Source: Camelus ferus
Lineage: Eukaryota
Assembly: GCF_009834535.1 (NCBI RefSeq)
Contig: NC_045697.1
Coordinates: forward strand, 72,480,001-72,544,000
Length of the DNA: 64,000 bases
Direction of reading: 5' to 3'
The translations under genes and the position numbers were made by a program. Positions within the stretch are counted from its first letter, which is position 1. Each line of letters begins with the position of its first letter. The notes beneath the pieces were generated by a model. That model searched no databases, was not told the origin of the DNA, and saw nothing but the letters and a program-made list of their open reading frames with translations. Below, piece by piece: positions 37,401 to 50,954 of the stretch.

Positions 37401-37823
37401 CAAAAAACGTTGAAGATGAGAGAGCAGAAACTGTTCCTATTTTACAAGAGCCCTGTTCCTGCCACTTGGCCTGCTCTCTGTCGCTGTCCTCATGGAAAAC
37501 CTACTCAGGCCTCTGTGGAGTCTTCCAGATTAAACTTTCCCAGAGTCTCCATGCAGGAGCTGTTTTTGTCCTTTTTTAAACGTTGCCACTTTGAATCTCC
37601 CCTTTCTGTACTTAGCAGACCGTTTGGGCAGCCTATGACTAGAGGGTAAAGAAAGACAGGAAGCTACCAGGCCCTCCGTAGGTATGGAACTAACTCTTGG
37701 GAGGTGCTTTCCCTATTTTAACTTGCCTAAATCAATTATCAAGCAAATATGCCATGCTTGTAACGTCATAAGCTATGTCTCTAGAGTGCAAGAGAACAGC
37801 ATGTGGTGAACGGATCAGTTTAC

Positions 37824-37999
37824 CTGTGGAAAACGCCATGCCCAGGCAGGTGTTGAAGCCAGTGATGGCCAGAATGTCATCGAAGCTGCCAGCAGCCATG
37901 AGTAAGGTCGGGACGCCCTTTTCAACGCCGTAGCCTCCTTCCTGCAAGAGGAGCATTGAAGGCACCACAACAGCTGGAGATACAGCACCTAAAACAAAA
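37824..37999 (-). CDS. SLC9B2: SLC9B2 coding exon 6: FVLGAVSPAVVVPSM...AAGSFDDILAITGFNTCLGMAFST
   Basis: 176 nt, CTTAG| and G|GTAAAC. Ion-binding D278-D279 fall at the human positions when the exons are summed. Confidence 0.98.
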
Positions 38000-38469
38000 C
38001 TAAGCAGGCAGTGCTTTGAGCAAATATGTCAGTCTCTTACTCGTTGTTACTATTACTGAAATTATAGTAACCTCTACTCTTCTAAAGGTTACACTTTAGA
38101 CAACCAGTCTTTCAGATGGCATCAAGGCACCAAACCAGAAACGTAAACACATGCAGATTCCACAGAACACTTTTTCAAAGTGTGACCATGGACAACTTAT
38201 ACTGGAACTACTTAAGTTGCCTAAAAATATATACTTATGGGTGGCATAGAAGATCTAACGGGGTTATGCCCCAGGAATCTGCCTTTTTAAAAACAAAACA
38301 AAACAAAACATTCCTGGTATGAGGTTTGAAAAAAATGGCCACGGACTTTCTGGACTAGAACCCAGTGACAGTAGGCCTTTTATCAGGATCTGGTATGTAA
38401 AATAAGACAACAGATTAGAAGGAGAAGGCCATAATGAACTGACAGCGATACTCATAATGGCAGCAGTAA

Positions 38470-38700
38470 CAGTAAAAAGCATTTTATAGTGCTGACTATG
38501 CTCCAAACACCGTTTTAAGCACTTTATATATGGTAACTAATTTAATTCTCACAACAACCCCATGAAAAAGCTACAATCATTATCTTCGTTTTGCAAATAA
38601 GTAAACTGAGGCACAGAGAGATTAAATAATTTGCCAGAGACCGCATAACACAAAGTCATAGAGCTGGGATTTGAATCCAAGCAGTACAGCCCCAGAGTCT
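38470..38700 (-). mobile_element. MIR SINE (one of many)
   Basis: Core GTAAACTGAGGCACAGAGAGATTAAATAATTTGCC...GAGCTGGGATTTGAATCCAAGCAG. Other MIRs near 6510-6720, 22230-22400, 28230-28660 and 39500-39680. Confidence 0.85.
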
Positions 38701-39209
38701 TACCCATGGGAAAAACTTCTTACTTTCTGCCTACATATTAGTATTAAATTCTTACCAAGTACTTTCACATTTATTTACTTCTCCTGGCTCTTAACCATTA
38801 GAAGTAAGAACTGATGGTAGAAAGAATAGACAGCAGAACCACCTAATCAAACAGCCTGGTGACAGAAGGAGGAGGAAAACAGTGCTGGGTGTTGATCACT
38901 ATTGATGTGTTTCTTATCCTTTGTGCAGACTGAGGTGAGATCTGGCTTTTCTCTCACTGGCATGGAATCACGGATAGGTAAAAGATCATTAATTTTCCAG
39001 TAGTTTAAATTATTATAATCTGCAAAAGTTAGGCATATACTATATACATATACTATAATTTGAAGTTACAGTGTCTAGATCATGCTGGAATATCTATGTT
39101 GTATTTTCTGACGTCCTTAAGAAAATGCTATTACAACTTTCTCTTGTATGGAATCAGAGAAACCCTAAAGGTCTATGCATATTTTTATACAACAAAGAAA
39201 AACCATTAC

Positions 39210-39337
39210 CCCAGCAGAAATCCCCATTGCCACGGTAAACCCATGAGGAAGTGGGCAAGAACAGCAGATGTGCACGCCTCTACGAGACAAGGACCCATGG
39301 ATAATCTTACACAGACACCTTTCAACTTCTTCAGGGC
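39210..39337 (-). CDS. SLC9B2: SLC9B2 coding exon 5: ALKKLKGVCVRLSMGPCLVEAC...PWQWGFLLG
   Basis: 128 nt, TTTCAG| and GG|GTAATG, contains E215. Confidence 0.97.
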
Positions 39338-40197
39338 CTGAAATATACAGACAGACATACCACAATAATGCTCTAAAGACATGCAGAAATTATGACATTA
39401 AATGCTTTTGCTTCTGTATTCAGACCACATCTGGAGCACCATAAAATTTCCAGGAATGCTCCACTCAGAACATCCAGTGTCCTAAGTGTTTTAGAGATAG
39501 TTTATTTAGTCCTTGTAGTCATCCTGTGATTTGGGTAATATTATTACACCCATTGTGTAGATGTCCTTATCTAAAAAGGTACAAGTTAAAGTAATTTGTC
39601 TAAGATCATGGCATTGGTGAGCTGAGGAGCTAGGTTTGCACTCAGGCGGTCTGCTTCCACAGTCTGTGCTCACAATTCCCACACTAGCTGACTTAACCCA
39701 CTCAGTTTTAACTTTATAATTTGTGGCCCCCAAATGAGGCTTGGGTGAAAACCTCCATCCTCAAGAACATTCATTCCCACATTCAAAACATACATGAAAA
39801 AAAGCATTACAAAACCACATACTTAAGACTCATTCTACATACTAGGCAGTTTCCTGAGCCAGTATAGTTATCTCCAAACTCTTGCATAGGGCTGTGCACA
39901 CCAAAAATATGATATCTTCTCTCTCACAACCAACATCTATAACTCCAGCCTACATTTCTGTCAGAGAAAGGGGGGACCTTTATTCTTGGTGCTGTCCCCA
40001 GATGGTACCTCCACCTTTCTCCAAGAAAGAGAATGGGAACATCTTCCAGGGATAGTCCTGCATGAAATACATTCTATTCTTTTCTTGTGAATGTCATGCA
40101 GTGTCCACTCCATTTCCTAAAGCTTAGTGATTCTAAATACCGGCAGGAGTGAAGGAACAAAATTCCTAGTCAATAATTAGAAATTTGTACTTCATAC

Positions 40198-40340
40198 ATT
40201 TGAATCAAGCCCAAGGCCAGCGCGAACCAATATGACAGACAGGGCTATGCTTCTCAGAGCAGAAGACCATTGGTGTTGGACCTGCACGTTATCACTGACG
40301 ACAGGGATATTCCTGATGAGAAACCCGGCAAGCAGCATGC
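40198..40340 (-). CDS. SLC9B2: SLC9B2 coding exon 4: GMLLAGFLIRNIP...VRAGLGLDSN
   Basis: 143 nt, TTCTAG| and AAT|GTATGA, CPA2/NHA motif RAGLGLD. Confidence 0.97.
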
Positions 40341-40589
40341 CTAGAATGGAGAAGTCAAACAACTCTTTAGTAAGTTTTCAAATACAGAAAATAGGTTTTG
40401 GCACTTTAGCTGTGAAAGAGACTACCCTACAATCTTAGGAACCATCTTTTTTTTCTTTGCTTAGTGCTTAGGTGGAATGAGGTTAAACTTTTAATTACAA
40501 AATTAAAAAACTGATAATAAATTAGAGGAGTTAAGAAAAGGTTTTAATATGCAAGAAAAAATGAGATTAGAATAATTAATAACTGAAGT

Positions 40590-41100
40590 CCAGCACAGCA
40601 CTCTCAACTTAGATTGCATATTAGAATCACCTGGGAAGCTTTTAAAAGTTCTGATGCCCAGGGCATATGCCACAACAATTAATTCAGAATCTCTGAGCAT
40701 CAGCTTTTAAAAAACTTCTTGAGGTGATTCCTACGTGCAGCCAGGTTTGAAAACTTACGATCTTGCTATGGAAAGTGTGGACTTTGAGCTTAGGAGAAAT
40801 GCAGAAACTCAGGCCCCACCCCCAGATCTAGTCAATTAGAGTCAGCTAAATTTTAACAAGGTCCCAAGGTCATTCTTCTGCACAATAAAGATTGAGAAGC
40901 ACTGATTTAGATACAGAGGTCAGCAAGTGTTTTCTGTCAAAGGCCAGAGACATTTTAGGCTTTGTGGGCCACAGGGTCTCTTTTAGAACTTTTCAACTCT
41001 GCCACCGTAGTGCCAAAGCGGCCACTCACAATATGTGGATCAGTGAGCCCGGGTACGTTCTAATAGTACCTTATGTACAAAAAGAGGTAGTTTGCCAACC
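40590..41100. mobile_element. Cluster of MER5-like and MER58-like DNA transposon relics
   Basis: AGAATCACCTGGGAAGCTTTTAAAA; CTCAGGCCCCACCCC; CAGAGGTCAGCAA...AAAGGCCAGA...TAGTTTGCCAACC. Confidence 0.75.
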
Positions 41101-41684
41101 ATTTATCACAGCTCACAGGCATATTTTGCAACAACTCATTCTAACAATAATCCAATTAATACTTTAGAGAACAAAAAGCGCTCATGATAAATAATATGAA
41201 TTAAGCGAAATGACTTTAGTTTTACCTAAAATTGAAAAATATATTAAGAAATAGTACACAGTAAAATGTAAATAACTCGACTTCTTTTTATATTTAGCTT
41301 CAACTATTGACCATAAATTCAAAAGCAAATAGTTTTGGTTTATGTTAATCAATACTGACAGTCCTCATTAATACAAAATAACAAAAAAATTTAACTCAGG
41401 AAATGTGTGCAAATATACATGCATGTGTAAAAGGGAAGTGATTTTAAAATAAAACTTAATGATTTATACATCTGTTAGAAATGGATACATGCCTTTTGTG
41501 GTATAAGGAAAGTGGTAAATCAAAATTTTGTAATATGGAATTCTTTGAAGAAATATTAAAGACACAATGCCCAGTTTTAAGACTAATTTTCATGTGTATC
41601 ATGTTTGAACAGTTCTCATAGCCTCTGGAAGAAGATTTTTGGCTAAATTTTAAAAAATAAGAATGATAAAACAATAATACACTC

Positions 41685-42482
41685 AATGGTGTCCTGGTAA
41701 ATGCTTAACAAGTAGCTCTCCAAAAAAAGTGTGTGTGTGTATCTATATTTATATATTTATTATAAATTTTACAGATCTAAAGAATGTTTAGAATACAGTT
41801 CACAGATGTACAACAATCATCACTATAAATTCTATATAGCCAGTTGATTCTCACAGAATGCTTTCATTGTTTTTCATTGCTCAGCTCCTGTATCCATAAC
41901 CCACTGTGGTTGAAGTTCAAACACGAATTGACAAAATTAGACCTTAAATGACTGCTTGACTACTATCTGGTTTAGCAAAGAAGTCACTCACATCACTGAT
42001 GAGCAAGTGTAGTGTCACCATGAATGTTGGGTGATATTTTTATGTTAAGGAATAAGATAAAATGAAACAACAAAAATGCTCATTGGAACTTAACTCGTTT
42101 GTCAGTGAAGTGAATGACTAACAATATATCAAGCCTGATGTACAGCACTTGCTGATCTCTGCCTTAGAGATACTTCCACTGTGGCTGACGTTGAGCTACC
42201 AATGTGGTGTCACTGAATGCGGACTTAGGAAGAGAGCGCCAGAGGCACACCGTTATATGTTATATCCATAATAGAAGGAGCACAGATAAGGGGAAAATTT
42301 AGTAAAATAATTAGGAAGTAATCAGTTTCGAATATTCACTGCTCTTGCTTTTAATGCAAGCTTAAAAATTTTAAGAATATATAATTTAATTTAAAAAAAT
42401 CACTTTAACAACACTGAACTTAAAATTTAACACTGGCTCACTGAATTTAAAATTCAACAACTGGCTTTGGCTCTAGTACAGC
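41685..42482. mobile_element. hAT-Tip100 (Arthur1/Zaphod-like) relic
   Basis: Termini CTGGTAAATGCTTAACAAGTAGCTCTC and TTCAACAACTGGCT...CTAGTACAGC. Family recognised from memory. Confidence 0.5.
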
Positions 42483-42583
42483 AAATATAGAAATAGTTTA
42501 TATTTATTTCTGAAAGCTTTCCAAACTATTGTTTTAAAAATATGATTTACCTCTAAAGAAAACAAGAAGTGTTTAGCACTTAC

Positions 42584-42754
42584 CCAGAAGAGGAGGCAGA
42601 GGAGGTAACGTAGGTAACTTAATGAGCCCAAAAAGTTTACCTCCAAAGATGGAACAATAGAATAGGATTATAATTCCAAATAGGTTTCCTCCAGGAAGAC
42701 ATTCACTGCCGGTAATTGACCAAACAACAGCCCACAGAAGAACGACCATGGTAA
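42584..42754 (-). CDS. SLC9B2: SLC9B2 coding exon 3: VTMVVLLWAVVWSITGSECLPGGNLFG...PPLPPLLG
   Basis: 171 nt, TTTCAG| and G|GTAAGT, open frame, NHA2 transmembrane segments. Confidence 0.97.
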
Positions 42755-43183
42755 CTGAAATAAACCAGGAAAACTAGTTTCTACCAACAAGTTGTCATAC
42801 TCTGGTTGTAATATAATCGAAACATTAAAAAAATAAATATTGAATACATATACAAATATTTATAACCCTGTGTAAGTTTTAAAGAACATGTAATATGAAC
42901 TGGGTAATCACCAACCATCTTAAGAAATAAGATATTACCAGTGAATTCACCTACATGCCTCTCATAACCCCAATGCCCATCTCCTTTCACACTGCTAGAA
43001 GGAACTACTATCTTGAATATATTTTTTAACCATTCCCTTATTTTTCCTTATAATTCTACCATAAATATTCACTAGTTAATAAAAAGAGAAACAGTGGCTA
43101 TCTTTATCCTTTTCACAGGAACACAAGAATATCTGAACAATTACATGCCAGTATTTTAGTTCTCCCTGGAATTAAACATTACT

Positions 43184-43282
43184 GCTCAGTGGTAGAATGT
43201 GTGCTTAGCATGCACGAGATCCTGGGTTCAATCCCCAGTGCCTCTGTTAAAATAAATAAATAAATAACATAATTACCCCCCC
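43184..43282 (+). mobile_element. tRNA-derived SINE, camelid Vic-1-like
   Basis: GCTCAGTGGTAGAATGTGTGCTTAGCATGCACGAGATCCTGGGTTCAATCCCCAGT with A/B boxes and (TAAA)n tail. Confidence 0.85.
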
Positions 43283-43476
43283 GATTATTGTTTAATTTAT
43301 TGTTTAATTATTGTTTCTTGTCTATAGTCAATGTTTGTTGAGAATAACCCATATACTTACCTTTTTTTTTTTTTTTTTTTCTGATCATCATTCGTGATGG
43401 CATCTCAAACCTTTCTTTCCTCTGGGCAATTATTCTGTTACCTGAAGTATTTCCTTTAGGAGAGGTATTTCTGTTA

Positions 43477-43733
43477 TTTTAAAATTTTTTGTGTTTTCTT
43501 TTTTCTAACTGAAGTTACTATGTCTCAGTTACAATGTGTCAATTTTTTGGTGTATAGCATAATGTTTCAGTCATACATATACATACATAGCAAATATTAA
43601 ATACTGTATATAAGATAGATAAAAAACATGTTTCTTCTGTATAGCACAGGGAACTATATTCAATATCTTGTAGTAACCTATAACGAAAAAGAATATGAAA
43701 ACAAATATATGTGTGTATATGTATGACTGAGGC
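43477..43733 (-). mobile_element. L1 insertion with 5' inversion (twin priming)
   Basis: Minus-strand L1 3' end (to ~43588) joined to a plus-strand upstream L1 piece. TSD ATTTCTGTTA at 43467-43476 and 43734-43743. Confidence 0.8.
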
Positions 43734-46159
43734 ATTTCTGTTAGAATGTAAAGTATGTTTCCCTGTTTGAACACCTTGTGTTTCACAAAATTGTATATTG
43801 AAAATAGAACAGCTCATGGGAAAAACAGTTGAGCAGACCACTCATGATTCAAAATTTGCGACCAAAGCACTAATAAAAACAACAATCCTAATAAAAGTAC
43901 CATAGCTGTCAAGTCTCCACTAATATTTGTATCTCCCACAGTCAGCCACTTCTTTGCAGACCTGAACTCTGGAACCACACTTCCTATTTCAAAATGCAGA
44001 ATCTTGAAATCATTTGCTTTAAATGGAGAGCAGTTCCATCAAAATCTGATCCAGAAGGTAGCTTCTCCATCAGTCAAATGGTTGTTGTTGTTATTGTTCG
44101 TTTGTTTTTTAACTGAGGGAAAAGTGTTGGCAGCTTCTTCACCCACGTGGTTTCATTAGAGGAAAGCTTAATGTTGTGGAAAGTTCAAGTCTTTGAAGTC
44201 CCTAAGAGAGCAACTAGCTGCCTGAAATGAAAGCACTTCCAAGGCTGCTCAGCTTTTTTTAAAAACTTTTTTTTATTGAAGTGTAGTTTATTTACAACGT
44301 TAGTTTCAGGTGTAGGGTGTTCAGCTTTATCTTTAAAGTTAGTAAGGCTTTATCTTCCATTGTAAGTAAGTACATATATCTGATCTTTTTCTGTGTGTGT
44401 GGTTTTTCAATTCACTTTGTACTTATCTGCTATTGTTTGATGACGTTAAGTACTAATGTGACAGAAAAAATTATGTACAAAAGTGCAAATTCCATATTGC
44501 ACCAACAGAGTTCCCTATTTACCACTGCATGTAAACTAACTGATTAGGAAACACTCTGGCAGAGCATGCTCTCCTTCTCATGAGGACCTGTTGGTAGAAA
44601 ATTCTTAATTTTATTTACCTGGAACTATCTTCTCATTCTTAAAAGACAGCTTTTCTTGGTATACAATTCTAACTTGAGAGTTACTTTCAGTTCCTTGAAA
44701 ATATGACTCCTTGGTTTTCTGTCTTTCATTAGTTTTTAAGTCTAATTTCAGCTCTTTTAGGGAATTCTTTTTCTTTGGTCTTCTGCAATTTCAGTATTTG
44801 TTTAGGTATGGCTTCCTTTTGGTTTGCTTAGGATTTATATTTTTTTAATCAATTCTGGAAAATTCTGTACATCTTTAAATATTTTGTCTTCCTCATTCTT
44901 CCTGGTATCTTTTTCTGCAACTATGACTAAAAAGTCACATTCTCTTCTCCATGCTGCTAACTATACTTTCATATTTTCCATCTTTGTCTTTGTGCACTGC
45001 ATGGTAGATAATCTCTTTGGGTCTATTTGCTAGTTCACCCATTTTCCTTTCACTTACTCTGCTGTCTATCCACTGAGTTTTAATTTTTAATTATTGTACT
45101 TTTTCATTTTTAGAATTTGGCTATTAAAATATGCTCATTTTTGTAAATAGTTATTTGTTTTGTACTCTTATTTGCTATTTCCTCTTTAACTTCTTTACAA
45201 ATATTGAAAATATTCTATATTCTATTTTCTGATAATGAAAAATTTTGAAATCTGTTTCCTTGTGTGTTTGTTTGTGATTTTTGTTTTTTGTTTGCTTGTG
45301 ACAGTGAGCTCTTCCTTTGAACTTTACTTTTGGGAATTGTTGGAACCTTAAGTTAAATGTGAGTTTTCCTAGACAGGATCTGAATTTATTTCTACCATGT
45401 ACTTAGATGCTGACAATCTGAAACCACTTTTAGATGTATGTTCAGCTTGAGTTTTTTTCTGTGAACTTGGAGCACGAATCAGTGTGAAGTACATTTTTAG
45501 TGGAGACTCACTCCTCCCCCAGCCAGCACCACAGTTTAGACAGGTTAGTTCTGGCCCCTCTTCAGGGCAGGTTTACCTTAAATCCACAATCATGATGGGC
45601 TCCAACTATGTGTGGGTGAGGGAAGATGGCTTCTCCTATGATGCTTCTCCCAACCTGGGCAGGCTCTAACATGGCCTCCTATACCCTCATGGTTCTCATA
45701 AATCTCAGGTTCACTGGTGTTTTGCAGAAGCCTCTGGAGTGAAAGCCAGCTTGAGTGTTTACTTTTCTCTCCTACTTGTACTCTGGTGTCTGATGACTGT
45801 TTTCTTGACAGATAAAAGGTATATTTAAAGACTTAAAATATTGCTTTCAGATGTTTTCATTGGCATAAGAGAGATTGTTCATTTAGTCTCATCTACCATA
45901 TTGCTGCAGATCAAGCCCACTGTCCCACTTTTAAAACCCTCCAGATTTTCCAGGCTTATGATGTTATTACAATGAAATAACTAAGGAGCCTTTAGTATTT
46001 TCCAGTTGGCTATTGGGGCTGAAATCTCTAACAGTTTTGGAAGTATAATGGGAAAGCAGGAATTGCCAGCTACTAAATTATATTTTATCACAGCATAAAC
46101 CCAATTTTATACTAATTTCAGAAAGGCAGAATTAAGAATTTTCCACTTCAATACTATCT

Positions 46160-46865
46160 TTTTAAAAAACTGAAGTACAGTTGATTTACAATATTGTATT
46201 AGTTTCAGGTGTACAGCAAAGTGATTCTATCATACATATATATGTATGTATCTATATTCTTTTTTTGGATTCTTTTCCATTATAGTTTATTACAAGATAT
46301 TGAATATAGTTCCCTGTGCCATACAGTAGGACTTCGTTGTTTATCTATAGTGATGTGTATCTATTTATCCCCTATTCCCAATTTATCCCTCACCTGTCCC
46401 TCCCCTTTGGTAACCATAAGTTTGTTGCTTATGTCTGTAAATGTGTTTATGTTTTATAAATAAGTTCATTTGTACTATTTTTTAGATTCCACATATAAGT
46501 GATATCATATAATACTTGTTTTTCTCTGATTTACTTCATTTAGTATGATAATCTCTAGGTCCATTCCTATTGCTGCAAATGGCATTATTTCATTCTTTTC
46601 CATGGCCGAGTAATATTCCATTGTATATATACATATACAATGTCTTCTTTATGCATTCATCTGTTGATGGACACTTAAGTTGCTTCCATGTCTTGGATAT
46701 TATAAATAATGCTGCTATGAATATTTGGGTGCATATATCTTTACAAATTAGAGCTTTTTTTTTCCTGCATATATGCCCAGGGGTGGGGTTGCTGAATCAT
46801 ATTGTAAACTTTTATTCTTTTGAGAAACCTCCATACTGTTTTCTATAGTGGCTATACCAATTAAT
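46160..46865 (-). mobile_element. L1 3' fragment (ORF2 end and 3'UTR)
   Basis: Reverse-complement L1 motifs (TTCCCTGTGCCATACAG, GATTCCACATATAAGTGATATCAT, ATCTGTTGATGGACACTTA). Confidence 0.9.
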
Positions 46866-48515
46866 ATGAATTTTTAAAAAATCTCTAACTTTTTTTCCTT
46901 TCTTATACTCAAAATGCAGTTCTAAATACATAGTAAAAATACATTTATAAGGTTTCTTTAAATCATGCTTAATTTAGTTGACAATTTACTTATCATCTAT
47001 GATTTTAGAAAGTAATATTTTCACATGTAAGATTTACTTCTTAAGAAGAATACTCTGTATACTGACTGAGTGCAGGAAAGAGTATAGGGGAAAAAAGCAG
47101 TCTTGTAAGCCTCAGGAGGAGAAGCACAAGAAAACAAGTGAGAGGTGTTTATGTATCATGAGTCCCAATTTCTCAGGCAGCTTTATAGACAATAATTACA
47201 GCATTTTAAAAAATTAGTCTCCAAATCATGTCATTCACCTACACACTTTCCTTAATGCAATCCACATCTGTTGTACCGTAAATGTTTTAAGCAGAAGTGT
47301 GCCATAATTTGAATGGTGAAAGTTTAAAAAAATAATAAAAAGAAAAGAAAAGGTATTAAATGATCTGTTGCCCTCTCAACTACTGTATATTTTGGAACCT
47401 GGTTTTCTCTACATGTTTTAAATAAAGTTTGAGATTTTTTTCTCATGCTAGTTTAGAAACTTACCTAATTTCACTAAAAACATATCTAGATCCCGAAGTA
47501 TAACATATTATACTTGGCTTCCATTGTCCCAGTTGAGAATGGTAAAAATGTTTTTCAGAGCTCACAAATGAAGCATAGATATAAAGACGTGAGTCTCATT
47601 TTTCAGTAAACACAACTTCTAGATCAAACATGTTACATTCTTAAACATATTTACTTGGGGAAGCCATGTATTTACTCTAATGATTCTGATGTTCCTCAAC
47701 ACAATTTTTGAAACTGTCTTTAAATTTGCCTTTACAGACAAGTATCAACCCTCTTCTCCTTTTTCTTGCTATATTACACATCCTCCAATACACATACAAT
47801 ATACGTGTGGACACACACACACACTTCCTTTTTGAACAAAAACAGCATTAGGATTCTGAATATCCATTTATTCAACACATTGCATTGACATTAGAATAAT
47901 GTTGGGCTGCCTCCAAAAACCAAATCCATTCATAAAAGACAAATATATCCCAACCGTAACAACGTTCAAAATAGTGCTGAGATAAAGTCCCTTTTCCTAC
48001 CCTTCAAATTTTAAGTAACAGCAGCTCTAGTGCAATAAATTCAATTGGAAACCAGGATACTTGCTTATAAAATGATGGATTCATTTGGAACTATAAATTG
48101 AGCTGTGTTTGCTCAAACATTAGTGGCATTCCTTGACAGTAATAACCAACATTTCTGTAGTGCTTCTCCGTTTACAAGTGATTTCTCTGTCATTTTTCTC
48201 ACTGGAGCCCTAGTATAATCCTGTGAAATTACTCAGATACAGAAAAGGAAAATGCTCTTCATCTCTCTCTGCCCTTTCCTCCCTTCTGCTAGCTGGAATG
48301 GTGGTGACAACAACGCTCTTGGAAGCCCTGTCAACCTGGGACCCTGAATGACTATGGAGCAAAGCCACCAACCGTTACGAATCGTCATCTTGTAGTTTTT
48401 ATGTGAGAGAGAAATAAACTTCTTTTTGTCCTTTAAATCATATTATTTTGGAATCGCTCATAACAACTTTATCTTTTACCCTCTTGTTCTGAATTCATCC
48501 TTACCATTGACATAC

Positions 48516-48696
48516 CGTTTGTTATTACTCTATCCAGTAGACCATGTGGAGGGCAAGCAAATATTTGCCTTAGTCTTGGCAAATTATTTGGCTCAGTTGG
48601 TGTTCCTTGTAGCATTGATTCATTGCTACTCAGTAGGTTACTTCCTCTTGTTGATTCATTTCCATCTATACTTCTGGGGTTCTTAACCGTTTCCTC
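48516..48696 (-). CDS. SLC9B2: SLC9B2 coding exon 2: EETVKNP...ACPPHGLLDRVITN
   Basis: 181 nt, ACAG| acceptor, G|GTATGT donor, phase 0 to 1, conserved CPPHGLLDRVITN motif. Confidence 0.96.
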
Positions 48697-49345
48697 CTGT
48701 GTTTAAAACAATTAAAGATCTTTAAAAACTATATATTTGCTGTTCATTTTTATAGTTACTGAACCATCACATCACAAATTAAATTTCTGTTACGAGAATG
48801 AAGGCTAACGCTTTACCGGGGGAACACACAGCTTATGATTAGCTGTCCAATGCTCGGAACAAGAACTACGTGAGGAGTATTTACCACTGAGTCACTGTTT
48901 GTAGCATTATAAATGCCTGAGTCACATAAAATATCACTATGGTTTTCAATACTGGGTTTAAAATTAGCCTATTTATGATCCAAGGCAATAGTTAATAAAT
49001 ATACCAAAGTGGTTTAGAAAAAGATAATTACCTGTGGTGAAAACGAATTCACATTCATTCATCTACTTGAATTTAAGCAATAAAGAGATAGAGGGAAGGA
49101 ACCAGAATCATTCTAGGGGTTAGGATGGGAACACAAAGCATGTCAGAGGCTCTCCACGTAGGGCCAGATGCTACGGACTCTCTGGGAAAACCGGTCATCA
49201 CCCCTATTATATGACTTTGGGGACTAAGAATGGGGAGAACTGTTTGAGTGACAGAGAATGAAGAGAACACAATTCTATCATAGATTTGGAAATACACAGT
49301 CCCCTCGGTAAGGAAATTGTTGGGATGGTCTACATTTGATCATAC

Positions 49346-49435
49346 CTGTGTTTCTTGATACATGGAGGCTGTGTGATTCACCCCTGTGGATGGTTCTGAA
49401 TCTTCATGTTCAATTATTTTATCTTCATTCCCCAT
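49346..49435 (-). CDS. SLC9B2: SLC9B2/NHA2 coding exon 1 (start codon): MGNEDKIIEHEDSEPSTGVNHTASMYQETQ
   Basis: ATG at 49435 in strong Kozak context (atcATGG) with an in-frame TAA 6 nt upstream. Donor CAG|GTATGA. Acceptor near 49480/49485 (tandem AGs). Matches the NHA2 N-terminus as recalled. Confidence 0.95.
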
Positions 49436-50954
49436 GATTTATAATTAAGAATAAGATGACAGAGGGAAGAGCCACACGATCTGTTCTGAAGGAGAAACAG
49501 TGTAAACATAGAACAGCAATTTGAGATTTAAATGAATGAACGATGCAGCAATTTGAGCAATTTAAGTGAATGAATTGTACTTATTTTTTCCCTTAAAACT
49601 GACTGCCTAGAAATATTTTACATTACACTATTCTTAACTTTCAATTGCTAATCTTTTCTTTGATCACAATGTATTATCCTAATTCTTACCTATCTTTTTA
49701 CTTTTCTTGAAAAAGCCCTTGCTGACCACCATACTTTTCTATGATTTCTTTCCCAGTTTTTGAGTTCTACTTCAAATATTCCCAGCAATAATCCTGTTAA
49801 ATTGTCCTCTCTAATGGCCCAACTTGAAGCAGGAAAGCTCCAGGTAATTTTCCAATGTTGATATGAGGAAATGAGTCAGCAAATAGGAATCTATGGATGC
49901 TGTCATTTTCAGAGAAACTAGAGACACTAATTCCTGCCTAGTTCTTATCTGGAAATTAAAGTTAAAAAAAAAAAAATACAACACTGACTGAGTAGCCACA
50001 CCGTGGACTTGGACACTGTGCTAAGTGCTTTGGCAGTCTCTTGGAAGTCATTGTGGGTAATTCAAAGATTACCAAAACACATCCTTTGTTCTCCACAGAC
50101 TTACAGTATACCAGGAAAAGTAAACTTGTAGGAAGTTAACTAAAAAACCTGTAGGGCAGATGTATAGGTTGGCTTCATAAACACCCACGTCAATCTCCTC
50201 TCCCTTGGCTTCCCATGCTATAGGCCGAAAAGCCCAATATTCCAGTTCCGAGCTGGTTCTGCAGCTAGACGGGGCCACGGGCCACAGTCTATGTCATGAG
50301 ATATAAGTGGGAGCCCTGGGTGGGTGGAGGTGGTTCATTCCTAAACAATAAGGCAGGGCCTTTCAAGGGTCATACCATTTACTCTTTGCCCTCTAACATT
50401 TCCTCTTCCTTCCGAGAACATAGATATACTACTTGGAGGGCCGACGGCCATCTTTCAACCATGAGAAGAAAAAGCCCTACACCAAGGACAGCAGACAAGT
50501 GAGATAGGAGGGGCTGGTTCCCTGACGACATGAGTTGCTGCGTCATTCCTGGACTGCCAAGCTTTGAAGTAATTGAAAACTATTGGTCAAGTTTTCTTTT
50601 TACTAATAACCAAACTTATTCCTAACGCAACAAGTATGATGACTATTATAATAGAGGTACAAACTACAAACTTTGTTAGAACCAAAGAGAAAACTACACG
50701 AGAGAAGGGGAAATCTAATTCAACACATATCTGAGTACCTAATACATGCCAGGCACCATGCTAGACCATAAGGACAAGATCTTTAATTGGATACGACCCC
50801 AGGACCCCTGCCTCAAGGAATAAATTTCTGTTTAACAAAATGCCAAGAAATTTGCACTTAAAATTTCAAAGAAAATTATATTCTTTCCACCATTACCACC
50901 ATCACCACCACCATTTTTCTTCCTTGCAAAACACAATGTTGGCCAGAGTCGTGT

